From assembly GCA_038060895.1 (NCBI GenBank), contig JBBTCT010000006.1, positions 7,403 to 71,402 on the forward strand: a DNA stretch of 64,000 bases. Direction: 5' to 3'. The DNA comes from Planctomycetota bacterium. GTDB taxonomy: Bacteria > Planctomycetota > MHYJ01 > WSZJ01. Below the pieces are notes generated by a model. It made no database searches. It had not been told where the DNA came from and worked only from the letters and a program-made list of their open reading frames with translations. The position numbers were made by a program, and so were the translations under genes. This document shows positions 45,783-54,817 of the stretch, one piece after another. The number at the start of each line of letters is the position of its first letter. Position 1 is the stretch's first letter.

Positions 45783-47753
45783 TCACGCACGACCCATGAT
45801 CCTGGCAAGCGCCGCCACCAGCGGATGCTTCTCGTGATGGGATTCGAGGCGGCCGCCCCATCGCTGTGCTTCCGTCGGGTTGCCTTCACGCCACCACGAG
45901 AGCGCGATCTGGAACAGCGCTTCGGGCATGCGGGGCGACTTTTCAAGCGCCTCGTGGAAGCGCTTTCGAGCGCCCTCTTCGTCTCTTCGTGCCGCGGCGA
46001 TGCAGCCCATGCCGACAAGGGCTGCACCGGCGTCATCGGCCTGGTTCGCCGCTTCCGCGAACAGCGCCTCTGCTTCGGCGAGCCGTCCTGCCCGGAACTC
46101 CAGCCATGCGAACGGAAGCCGCGGTGACTGGAGAGCAGGGTCCAGTCGCGAGGCCTCGGACCATGCTTCGCGTGCCGCGTCGAACTGGCCTGTGGAGAAC
46201 AGGGCTTGTCCCCGCGCGAATTGGACTCGCGCGGAAGGACGGAGCGAGAGGAGGCGCTCGAGCCAGGCGAGGGCGTCGGGGGCGGCGTCGCGGCGGAGGA
46301 GGTCGACGACGCGGGCGAGGAATTCGGATTCGGCGAGCGGAAAGGCGGCGGGACGGAGGGCGGTGAGGAGGTGTTCGAGGGCGAGGTCATCGACGACGGA
46401 AGTGGCGCCGTAGCCGAAGTGAAGGAGGGATCTTGAATCGGGGAGGGCGGCGGCGAGCTCGATGCCGGCAAAGGCGGCGGCGGCGCGCAGGGCAGGGGCG
46501 GGGTCCTTCGGGTCGAGTGGAAAGTCCTGGGACTGTTCGTCGGCGGACCCGGCGGTCCAGAGGCGGATGCGGAGGGCGGCGAGGTCGGGGGCGAGTTCGC
46601 CCGCGATCCAGCGTTCCGCCTTGAGGGATTTCGTCAGCTCCGCCAGGAGGGGCGCCTGCCGGTCGAAGTAGTCAAAAAAAACATCGGCACGTCGCGGCTC
46701 GCCCTTCCGGAACGGCGCCACGTGGCGGACCGCCGCGACGCCGGCGGTGCCCGTTGCGAGAAGGGCCGGGATGGCGTGCGCGAGGGCGCGCGACAGGTCG
46801 TCCGACGCGCCAGGACGGTACGTGAGCACGCCGATGCGGTGGGGCGCTTCCCCGAACGGGTCCACGTGACCGACCTCGCCGCGCGGCTCGGCGGCGGCTT
46901 CGAGGGCCGAAGCGGCGTCCTGCGCCGTCACGACGCGGCCCGGGTCGGCAAGCAGCGCTCTCCGGTAGGCCGCGACGGCGCCCGCGGCGTCGCCCTTCAT
47001 GGAGCGAATGGTCCCCAGGTTGTGCCAGAAGTCGGCGTTCGCGGGGTCGGCCTCCGTCCCGGCGGCGGCGACACGCTCCGCTTCCTCCAGCTCACCGCGT
47101 TTCGCGAGCCCTGCGACCAGGTGGTGGCGCGCTGTCGGGAGAAGGGGCGCGAGCTCGACGAGTTTGCGCCACTCCGCGAAGGATTCTTCGTCGCGGCCCG
47201 CGTTTTCAAGGGCGACGGCGAGCTCAGTGTGCGCATCGAGATGGCACTCCTCGGACTCCGTACACGAGCGGTAGGCCGCGATCGCGGCGTCCCATTTACC
47301 GAGCGCAGCCTCGAGGCGGGCGAGTTCGCGCTGGTAGACGCCGGCATCGGGGTTGAGGCCCGCGGCCGCCCGCATCTCGGCCGCCGCGCCCTCGGCGTCG
47401 CCGGATTTCGAGAGCTCGAGGGCGAGATTGAAGCGCGCCCCGGACAGTTGCGGCGCGAGTTCGACCGCCCGCCGGAAGGCTTTCACGGCTTCCGCCCCCC
47501 GCCCCGCCTGCGACAGCGCCGTGCCCAGGTTCAGGTTCGCGGCCGCGTCCTTCGGCGCCAGCCGTGCCGCCTTCTCCAGCAGCCGGAGCGCCTTGTCCTT
47601 CATCCCCATCTGCGCGAACGCGAGGCCCAGCGCATGGGCGATCTCGGCGTTCATGGGCCACTCTTTCTGGAGCGGCTCGAGGATCTTCGCCGCCTCGGGG
47701 AACTTGCCGGAGGCCAGCGCTTCGCGTGCGGACTTGAGGGCCGTGTCGTCCAT
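45783..47753 (-). CDS. Tetratricopeptide repeat protein
   Basis: Canonical 34-aa TPRs (NLGTAL...EA...FRRAVELAP) at both ends around a central non-repeat domain. Confidence 0.88.
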   Translation of the reverse strand: MDDTALKSAREALASGKFPEAAKILEPLQKEWPMNAEIAHALGLAFAQMGMKDKALRLLEKAARLAPKDAAANLNLGTALSQAGRGAEAVKAFRRAVELAPQLSGARFNLALELSKSGDAEGAAAEMRAAAGLNPDAGVYQRELARLEAALGKWDAAIAAYRSCTESEECHLDAHTELAVALENAGRDEESFAEWRKLVELAPLLPTARHHLVAGLAKRGELEEAERVAAAGTEADPANADFWHNLGTIRSMKGDAAGAVAAYRRALLADPGRVVTAQDAASALEAAAEPRGEVGHVDPFGEAPHRIGVLTYRPGASDDLSRALAHAIPALLATGTAGVAAVRHVAPFRKGEPRRADVFFDYFDRQAPLLAELTKSLKAERWIAGELAPDLAALRIRLWTAGSADEQSQDFPLDPKDPAPALRAAAAFAGIELAAALPDSRSLLHFGYGATSVVDDLALEHLLTALRPAAFPLAESEFLARVVDLLRRDAAPDALAWLERLLSLRPSARVQFARGQALFSTGQFDAAREAWSEASRLDPALQSPRLPFAWLEFRAGRLAEAEALFAEAANQADDAGAALVGMGCIAAARRDEEGARKRFHEALEKSPRMPEALFQIALSWWREGNPTEAQRWGGRLESHHEKHPLVAALARIMGRA

Positions 47754-47827
47754 GCGGGATCGGAACTATATCGCGGGCGGCGGGAGTTGCGGGTTCGCAA
47801 GTCCGCCGGGCGCGATATAGTCCGGGC

Positions 47828-48307
47828 ATGCGCCCCGGGTGCCGGGCCCTCCTTCTCCTCGTGGCCGCCCTCGCGGGGTGCGGCAAGGATCCGTTCGCGG
47901 GGCGGAAGAAGAAGGACGGGGACAAGCGGGACCCGATCGAGTCGAAGGAGCTGGCGACGAACGCGGAGAAATTCGACCGCGGACAGGTCGAGGCTTACGA
48001 GCGGCTGGTGACGGCCCGGTCGAAGCGTGACCCGGCGGCCTGGAAGGCGGCGTTCGCCGGGGCGCCGGGGGAAGACGCGGGGGTGCTCTTCGAAGAGTCC
48101 ACCGACAAGCACGTGACGAAGATCCTGCACCAGTTCCAGAAGTCCGAGCCGTCGGGGGAACGGGCCGTGCTGACGGTGAAGGAAATCCTGGAGCAGCGCG
48201 ACGCGAAAGGCGCCGTGCTCACTACGGAGGTGACCGTGACAGCGACGCTTGTGAAAGCCGGCGGGGAGTGGAAAGTCGAGGCGCTGAAAGCGGGGGACTG
48301 GAAATGA
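47828..48307 (+). CDS. Lipoprotein, NTF2-like/DUF4878-like
   Basis: Lipobox LAGC; C-terminal LVKAGGEWKV. Confidence 0.8.
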   Translation: MRPGCRALLLLVAALAGCGKDPFAGRKKKDGDKRDPIESKELATNAEKFDRGQVEAYERLVTARSKRDPAAWKAAFAGAPGEDAGVLFEESTDKHVTKILHQFQKSEPSGERAVLTVKEILEQRDAKGAVLTTEVTVTATLVKAGGEWKVEALKAGDWK

Positions 48308-49902
48308 GCGCGGAGCTGAAGCGGATCTGCGGGTTCCTGAAGGCGGGGGAGCCGGAGTTGCGGTGTGCGGCGGCGCGCATCCTCGTCGCGCTCGAGGCGA
48401 ACGACGACGACGTGGTGGCGGCGCTGGCGAAGGCGGGGGCGGACGACAACGGGATGGTGCGGCAGTACGCGGTGGACGGGCTGAAGGCGCTGGCGAAACC
48501 GAAGCACGTGGACCTGATCCTGCCGCTTCTCGACGGGCCGATGCGCGACAAGGTGCTGCCGCTGGTGAAGGAGCTGGGCGGAAACCCGCTCAGCGCGCTG
48601 AAGAAGGGACTGGACGACCCCGCGAAGCGGCTGCATTCCGTGAATTCGATCGCGTCGCTGGGAGGCCGGTCGGCCTACGACGCGCTTCTGAAGGAAACGG
48701 CCGACGAGGACGTCGACTACGTCAAGACGGTCACCAACCTGCTGCGCAGCCTGATCGACACGCTGAAGGACGAGGACCGCGAGAAGGCGTACGAGACGGC
48801 GCGCAAGGCGATGGATAGCTCGAAGGAACGCGTCCACAAAGTCGCGCTCGTCCGCGTGCTCGGGTACCTGCGCAATCCGGACGCGGCCGATCTGCTCGCG
48901 AAGCTCACAGCCGCCGCCGAGCACCCGTCGATCCGGTCGCACGCAATCCACGCCATCGCGCTTCTGAACTTCGGTCCGAAGAAGGTCGGCGCAACGCTGC
49001 TGAAAACGCTCATCGGCCTGCTCGACGACAAGGACACCCAGAACATCGTCGGCCCCGCGCTCCAGGCGCTCGAGCACATTCCGCTTCCAGAAACGCTCGA
49101 CGTCGCGCCGCTCCTCGCTCACCCCTCGGGCCAGGTGCGCGTCCTCGGCGTGAAGCAGCTCACCACGCGCGCCGACAAGGACTCCGGCCACAAGCTCATC
49201 GAGATGCTCGAGGACCGCGACGAGGACGTGAAGGACGCCGCGATGCACGCCCTCCGCCACGAGCCGAAGTTCGCGGCGATGCTGGCGTCGTTCATGGAGA
49301 AGGAGGGGAAGGGCTCGCGGGTGGATCTGTTCGCGAGCATCCTCAAGGGGTACCAGACCGGGTTGCCCAAGAGCGAAGTCTCCAAGTTCCTCGACAAGGG
49401 GCTCGAGCTCTTCGAGAAGGACGGCCAGACGAACTGGGCGCTCGAGGTGGCGAAGAGCGCTTCGCCGGATGAATACAAGAAGGCGCTGCTGGAAACCGGC
49501 TCGAAGCACAAGAAGGGCAAGCGCTACGAACTTGCGGAACGCTTCCTCGGCCTGCTGGTGCGCGAAGGCGGCGGCGATCCCGAAGCGCGCTACGAGCTGG
49601 CGGTCACGCGGCTGCGTCTGTCGGCGAAGCCGGACGACAAGAACGCGCGGAACACGAGCTACGCGCTCGCGATGCTCAAGGATCTCGCGAAGGCGGACCT
49701 GAAGGGGCTGTGGAAGCAGCTCAAGAACGAGCCCGCGCTGACATCGGCGGATTACCTGTTCGCGGGGATGTACTTCATAGGGCAGGAGGGCCTGAAGGAT
49801 TTCGGCGAAGACCTTCTCAAGCTGGTCGTGAAGGACGGGAAGGGGAAGGAAGCGAGCCAGGCGAAGGCGGTGATCAAGGCTGCGGCAAAAGTCGAGCCGT
49901 GA
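48304..49902 (+). CDS. HEAT-repeat protein
   Basis: LRCAAARIL, VRQYAVDGL, LIEMLED.DEDVKDAA HEAT motifs; ATGA overlap with the lipoprotein gene. Confidence 0.85.
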   Translation: MSAELKRICGFLKAGEPELRCAAARILVALEANDDDVVAALAKAGADDNGMVRQYAVDGLKALAKPKHVDLILPLLDGPMRDKVLPLVKELGGNPLSALKKGLDDPAKRLHSVNSIASLGGRSAYDALLKETADEDVDYVKTVTNLLRSLIDTLKDEDREKAYETARKAMDSSKERVHKVALVRVLGYLRNPDAADLLAKLTAAAEHPSIRSHAIHAIALLNFGPKKVGATLLKTLIGLLDDKDTQNIVGPALQALEHIPLPETLDVAPLLAHPSGQVRVLGVKQLTTRADKDSGHKLIEMLEDRDEDVKDAAMHALRHEPKFAAMLASFMEKEGKGSRVDLFASILKGYQTGLPKSEVSKFLDKGLELFEKDGQTNWALEVAKSASPDEYKKALLETGSKHKKGKRYELAERFLGLLVREGGGDPEARYELAVTRLRLSAKPDDKNARNTSYALAMLKDLAKADLKGLWKQLKNEPALTSADYLFAGMYFIGQEGLKDFGEDLLKLVVKDGKGKEASQAKAVIKAAAKVEP

Positions 49903-49958
49903 CCCGGCGGGAGATGGCAGCAACGGACTTCCCAACCTTGTAAAGTGAGCGGCACCGC

Positions 49959-50459
49959 ATGAACGAAGCGAAGTTCTGGGAAGTCATCGAGAAAGCGCGA
50001 GGGACGGCCCTCACGCCCGAGGAGCACGCCCAGCGCCTCGTCGCGCAGCTCGTGACGACGCCGCCGGACGACATCCGCGAGTTCGACCGGATCGTCGGCA
50101 CCCTGCTGGCGCGCGGCAACCGCGGCGAGCTGCGCGTCGCGGCCAACCTGATTAACGACGGCCCGAGCGACGAGGAGTTTCTCTTCTTCCTTGGCTGGCT
50201 GATCCTGCAAGGCCGCGAGAAATTCGAAGCGGCGCTGAAGCAGGCGGACTCGATCGCCGAGTGGATCGACACGACGGACGTGGACAACTACGAGTGCGAA
50301 GACCTCCTCTACGCCGCCGCGAACGCCTACGAGACGGCGACAGGGCAGGATCTGCCGCCGTCCGAGTGGCCGAAGATCGGGGACACGGCGAAGCTACTCA
50401 AGCTGGGGACGGACGTGGCGAAGCTGCTGCCGAAGTTGTCGGCGCGGTGGCAGGGGTGA
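49959..50459 (+). CDS. DUF4240 domain protein
   Basis: MNEAKFWEVIE start; SDEEF..F.GWLI.QG; ECE.LLYAA..AYE. Confidence 0.85.
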   Translation: MNEAKFWEVIEKARGTALTPEEHAQRLVAQLVTTPPDDIREFDRIVGTLLARGNRGELRVAANLINDGPSDEEFLFFLGWLILQGREKFEAALKQADSIAEWIDTTDVDNYECEDLLYAAANAYETATGQDLPPSEWPKIGDTAKLLKLGTDVAKLLPKLSARWQG

Positions 50460-50505
50460 GTTCGAGCAGACGCCCGTGGGAACCTCACTGTCGCCCGCGA
50501 GTAGA

Positions 50506-51810
50506 CTAGTCGCGCAACTCGACAACGAGATCCTGTCTGCTCCCCTTGGGTAGCCAGTCGCCCGTCCCGTTGTCGTCTCCGTCCTTCCACTCCGACCAAA
50601 AGAGAATGCGCCCGCTCTCCTTGCGAAAGTGAAGAGGCTTAAGCGTAAAGGGGTCCGTCGGCAAATCCGTGACTTCGGTGCTCCCCCCGTGGCGGTACCT
50701 GGCTGCGGCCTGGACAAGCCTGAGCCGAGCTCGACTTTCCCGCCATCTCAACTCGATTTCCTCGACCGGGTACCACTTTGCTCTCGAAACTCGCCATAGA
50801 TCCTTCTCAAGCGCTCGATCGAAAGCTGAGTGTTTCGAAACCACGGATGTCCATTCGGAACTCTCCCAGGTTCTTGCAGCCTCGACTTCCCTGGCGGCGA
50901 TGTCGTAGAGGGCTGCAACGGTGAGAGGAATAGAAAATGCATGCTTCCAGGAATGCAGTCGGCGGGGTGGGGGTCCCGACCAGTTTCCGGGAATCGACTG
51001 CACAATGTCCGCGAACAGCATGGTGACTTCGCCCTTGATCGTGCGGTGGAGTGATGGGAATTGGCGGTCCAGGTTTTCCAGGACCGTCCCCAGCGAGGCT
51101 GCCTCGGGGAATTCGGACTCACTGAAGGTCAGGATTACGAGTGCGATGAAAAGCGCTGAATCAATTGCGTCCAGGCCGTTGCGAAGCGCAAGGAAGGTCT
51201 GCACGCTCGCGACGTCTCGCCCGTATTGGAGACACGTGGTCATGTCCTTGAAGGAAAGTGCAGTTTGCTTCAAGAACAGGCGGCCCATTGCCGTGTTGCA
51301 GAGGAGTTCGGCGTCCATGTCCGCTCCTGTCCAGGCGTAACTGCCGGCCACAGTTCCCTCGCCCCAGCAGAAGTGTTGGAAGACAGCGCGTTCACAACCG
51401 GCGCCCTCCTGGAAACACTTCACGACCGGATCTAGGCGTTCAAGCACCGCTCGCAGTTCTTCGAAGTCCTTCCGGGTTGAAGCTCTTTTTATGATGAGTT
51501 GCAGAAGCGCCCGCAAGGATTCGCTTGCCGCGATGTACTCCTGTACCGGCATCGCAAGGGACGATTTCGCATAGAACTCCCACGCATTACTCTCGTGCTG
51601 CGTTGCGCAAATGGGTTTCCGAATTCCCGGGTCCAGGTCGAATTCTGCCTGGCTACATTGATGACGATTCCAGAAGTCATTCCACCGGGACTTTGAGTAA
51701 GCGGTAACGCCGAACGGCGCTGCGATTGCCACTACGACCAGAGTTACGATGGCAATCGCGACCCGACGTCGCAGACGAATTGGGGCAACACGATTCAAGT
51801 CTGTGGCCAT
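50506..51810 (-). CDS. Hypothetical membrane-anchored protein with GspG-like C-terminal motif
   Basis: N-terminal TM segment; LPTDPFT..PL.F...WS...DG.DNG tail; lower GC. Confidence 0.7.
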   Translation of the reverse strand: MATDLNRVAPIRLRRRVAIAIVTLVVVAIAAPFGVTAYSKSRWNDFWNRHQCSQAEFDLDPGIRKPICATQHESNAWEFYAKSSLAMPVQEYIAASESLRALLQLIIKRASTRKDFEELRAVLERLDPVVKCFQEGAGCERAVFQHFCWGEGTVAGSYAWTGADMDAELLCNTAMGRLFLKQTALSFKDMTTCLQYGRDVASVQTFLALRNGLDAIDSALFIALVILTFSESEFPEAASLGTVLENLDRQFPSLHRTIKGEVTMLFADIVQSIPGNWSGPPPRRLHSWKHAFSIPLTVAALYDIAAREVEAARTWESSEWTSVVSKHSAFDRALEKDLWRVSRAKWYPVEEIELRWRESRARLRLVQAAARYRHGGSTEVTDLPTDPFTLKPLHFRKESGRILFWSEWKDGDDNGTGDWLPKGSRQDLVVELRD

Positions 51811-51907
51811 TGCCGAGATCTTACGAAATGCTCTGCTGCAACGGCGTCGGCACACGCTGTAGAGAGGTCTTCATTGTGCGGCTAGATTCGCGCTATAAGC
51901 TCGATTC

Positions 51908-52801
51908 ATGGGCGACCTCTTCTTCGGCACCGCAGGCTGGTCCTTCGCGGACTGGGCGGGAAAGTTCTACCCGTCGTCCGCGCCGAAGAAGCCGCTGGAG
52001 TTCTACTCGGACTATTTCGAGTGCGCCGAGGTGAACGTGACGTTCTACCGGCCGCCGGAGGCGAAGCTGTCGGCGGGGTGGGTGAAGCAGGTCGAGGGGA
52101 AAAAGTTCATCTTCGCGGTGAAGGTGTCGCAGGAGTTCACGCACGACCCGGCGGCCAGGGTGGGCGGCACCGGTGAACCGGTCTGGGGCGATTCTGAAGC
52201 GAAGAAGTTCCTCGAGGGGATCGCGCCGATCGAGGCGGCGGGGCGGCTGGGGCCGCTTCTCCTGCAGTTCCCGTGGAGTTTCCGGAACACGCCGGCGGCG
52301 CGGGAGCGGATTGCGCGGCTGGGGGACGCGTTCGCGCCGAAGCAGCTCGTCGTCGAGGTGAGGCATGCGTCGTGGGAGCGGCCGGAGGTCGTCGAGTGGA
52401 TGCGCGAGCGCGGGCTTGGGTACGTGAACATCGACCAGCCGGCGGAGCGGGATTGCCTGGGTCCGTCGGAGCTTGTGACGACGGAGGTCGCGTATGTGCG
52501 GCTTCACGGGCGAAACGTTGAAAAGTGGTTCGCGAAAGACATCGAGCCGCACGAGCGGTACGACTACTACTACCCGGAGAAGGAGCTCGATCCCTGGGCG
52601 GAGCGGATCAAGCGGATGATGGCGCGGTCGAAGGCGCTGTTCGTGATCGGGAACAACCACTACCGCGGGAAGGCGCCGGCGAATGCGCTTCAGCTCAAGG
52701 CAAAGGTGGTTGGAACGAAGGTGAAGGTGCCGGAGCCGCTGGTGGCGGCGTTTCCGGAGTTGAAGGGGATTGCGGAGAAGGCGAAGGGGACGTTGTTTTG
52801 A
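51908..52801 (+). CDS. DUF72 (YecE-like) protein
   Basis: GTAGWS...W...FYP, EVNVTFY, LLQFP, EVRH.SW, YVRLHGR, YDYYY, NNH. Confidence 0.92.
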   Translation: MGDLFFGTAGWSFADWAGKFYPSSAPKKPLEFYSDYFECAEVNVTFYRPPEAKLSAGWVKQVEGKKFIFAVKVSQEFTHDPAARVGGTGEPVWGDSEAKKFLEGIAPIEAAGRLGPLLLQFPWSFRNTPAARERIARLGDAFAPKQLVVEVRHASWERPEVVEWMRERGLGYVNIDQPAERDCLGPSELVTTEVAYVRLHGRNVEKWFAKDIEPHERYDYYYPEKELDPWAERIKRMMARSKALFVIGNNHYRGKAPANALQLKAKVVGTKVKVPEPLVAAFPELKGIAEKAKGTLF

Positions 52802-52909
52802 AAACGGAATACGCGGATAAAGGCTGATGAGGCGGAAAGGGCCGCGGATACGACTTCCTGCTTGGCGGAATTGAGGCAGAATGGGGCGGTCGATTCATCG
52901 GGAGCGAAC

Positions 52910-53842
52910 GTGGCCGCGAAATCGCTGAGGACTTGTCCGTGGTGTTCGCACATGTACGAAGTGCCGGTCGGGGCCGGTCACCCGCCCTGCCCGAAGTGCC
53001 GCCGCGAGAACAGGCCTCAGGAGTCGAAGACGGAAGCGCCGATGGCGGTGCGGCCGCCGGCGGCGGTGCCGGGGACGCCCAAGGCGCCGCCGACGCCTGC
53101 CGCGGGGACGCCGCGCGCCGCGGCGCCGGCGCGGCCGGCGGTTTCGCAGCGCCCGATCTCGACGCCGCGCAAGTCGCACTTCATTCGCAACGTCATCGGC
53201 GTTCTCGCAGGACTGGTGCTCGCCGGCGTCGGGTTGCACTTCGCCGGGCTGCTCAATCTCCCGAAGGAAGTGCAGGAGCCGCTGGAGAATCTCAAGCGCA
53301 AGGTTGAGACGGCGGTCAACAAGCCGAAGGAGGAAGACAAGAAGCCGGTTGAGAAGCCGCCGGAAGAGCGGCCGCGGAAGCCGCCGGACGAGAAGCCGCC
53401 GGAGCCGAAGGCGCCGCCGACGGAGCCGTTCCCGGATTTCTCGAAGGAGAAGCCGTACGAGGTCCTGAAGGTGGAGGACGGGGCGACGATCGTCGTGAAG
53501 GGGGAGACGAAGAACATCACCGTGCGGTTGCTGGGCGTGATCGTTGCGAAGCCCGGAGACCCGCCGGTTCACGGGACGCGCGACGGGAGCGAGACGCGGG
53601 ACTACGTGAAGGGGCTTTTGCCGAAGGGGTCGAAGATCCATCTCTTCTACGGGATGCTCGATTCGCCCAAGTGGCGCGCGGAGCGGGACGCGTACGGGAG
53701 CGACCGGGCGTGGGTGTTCCTGGAGAAGGACGGGATGTTCTTGAATCTCGACCTGGTGAAGGGCGGCTACGCGCGGGTGGACGTGAGAGACGCGCGGGAG
53801 TATGCGGATCTGCTGCAGTACTGGGCGGAGAAGGCGAAGTAG
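52910..53842 (+). CDS. Thermonuclease (SNase-like) domain protein with N-terminal Zn ribbon and TM segment
   Basis: CPWC...CPKC; TM segment; VLKVEDGATI, VRLLGV, DAYG...AWV, LN..LVKGGYA. Several catalytic positions look substituted. Confidence 0.75.
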   Translation: MAAKSLRTCPWCSHMYEVPVGAGHPPCPKCRRENRPQESKTEAPMAVRPPAAVPGTPKAPPTPAAGTPRAAAPARPAVSQRPISTPRKSHFIRNVIGVLAGLVLAGVGLHFAGLLNLPKEVQEPLENLKRKVETAVNKPKEEDKKPVEKPPEERPRKPPDEKPPEPKAPPTEPFPDFSKEKPYEVLKVEDGATIVVKGETKNITVRLLGVIVAKPGDPPVHGTRDGSETRDYVKGLLPKGSKIHLFYGMLDSPKWRAERDAYGSDRAWVFLEKDGMFLNLDLVKGGYARVDVRDAREYADLLQYWAEKAK

Positions 53843-53849
53843 GGACGGC

Positions 53850-54755
53850 TCAGGTCTGGCGCTGCGCCTCGAGTTCTGACTTCGTCGCTTCCGGCACCAC
53901 AAGCTTCACCTGCTGCGCGCCCATCTCGACGGTGAGCGGCAACATTTCGCCCGGGTCGCCGTCCACCTGCCAGGGCAGCGGGGTGTCCGCTTCGATGAGG
54001 ACCTTCTTCACGAGGAGATGCGTGGCGTCGGGCATCGCGCACGGGTCGCCTGCGAAGGCCTCGGCGAAGAGGCGGACGACGTTGAGTTTTCCCCAGGCGC
54101 TGAAGACGAGGAGGTCGAGCGCGCCGTCGTTGACTTTTGCGTTTCGCGTGAAGGCGAGCGGGCCTCCGTAGCAGGGGAGGTTGCTGACGAGCACGTAGGA
54201 GCCGTCGGGGAGTTTTTTGCCGTCGGCGGTGACGCGGAAGCGCGGGGGTTCGTAATTGAAGATCGCGCGGAGGGACCAGGTGAAATATTCGCGCATCCGG
54301 ATCGCGCCCGTGCGCTGGGCGTGGAAGTCGTGGACGACCTGCGCGTCGAAGCCGGCGGAGGCCATGAGGAGGAACTTGCGGCCGTTGGCGAGGCCGACGT
54401 CCACGTTGACGGCGTGGCCCGCGTGAATGGTGTCGGCTCCGGAGCGGGGAGTTCGCGGCAGGCCGAACGTCTTGGCGAGGACGTTGGCGGTGCCGACGGG
54501 GATCTGGCCGAGAGGCGGGGCGTTGTCGGGGAGGCCGTTCAGAATCTCGTTCACGGTCCCGTCGCCGCCGACGGCCACGACGCGGTCGAAGTCCGGGGCG
54601 CGCCCGGCAAATACCTTCGCGTCGCCGCGTTTTGACGTGAAGAGCGTCTCGGTGGCGTCTCCGAGCTCGCGCAGCCGCAGTTCGGTCTTCTCGGCGACGC
54701 GCGCGCCGCGGCCACGGCCGCTGACAGGATTGGCGATGATGAGGATCTTCGGCAC
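53850..54755 (-). CDS. Diacylglycerol/lipid kinase family (YegS/DgkB-like)
   Basis: IANPVSG, VGGDGTVNE, PVGTANVLA, GFDA, QVDGD. Confidence 0.92.
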   Translation of the reverse strand: MPKILIIANPVSGRGRGARVAEKTELRLRELGDATETLFTSKRGDAKVFAGRAPDFDRVVAVGGDGTVNEILNGLPDNAPPLGQIPVGTANVLAKTFGLPRTPRSGADTIHAGHAVNVDVGLANGRKFLLMASAGFDAQVVHDFHAQRTGAIRMREYFTWSLRAIFNYEPPRFRVTADGKKLPDGSYVLVSNLPCYGGPLAFTRNAKVNDGALDLLVFSAWGKLNVVRLFAEAFAGDPCAMPDATHLLVKKVLIEADTPLPWQVDGDPGEMLPLTVEMGAQQVKLVVPEATKSELEAQRQT

Positions 54756-54817
54756 GCGTGCGGATTCTACGGGCTGGAACAGTCGAATGCGCGGAACGGG
54801 CGGGTAAGATCGCTTCC

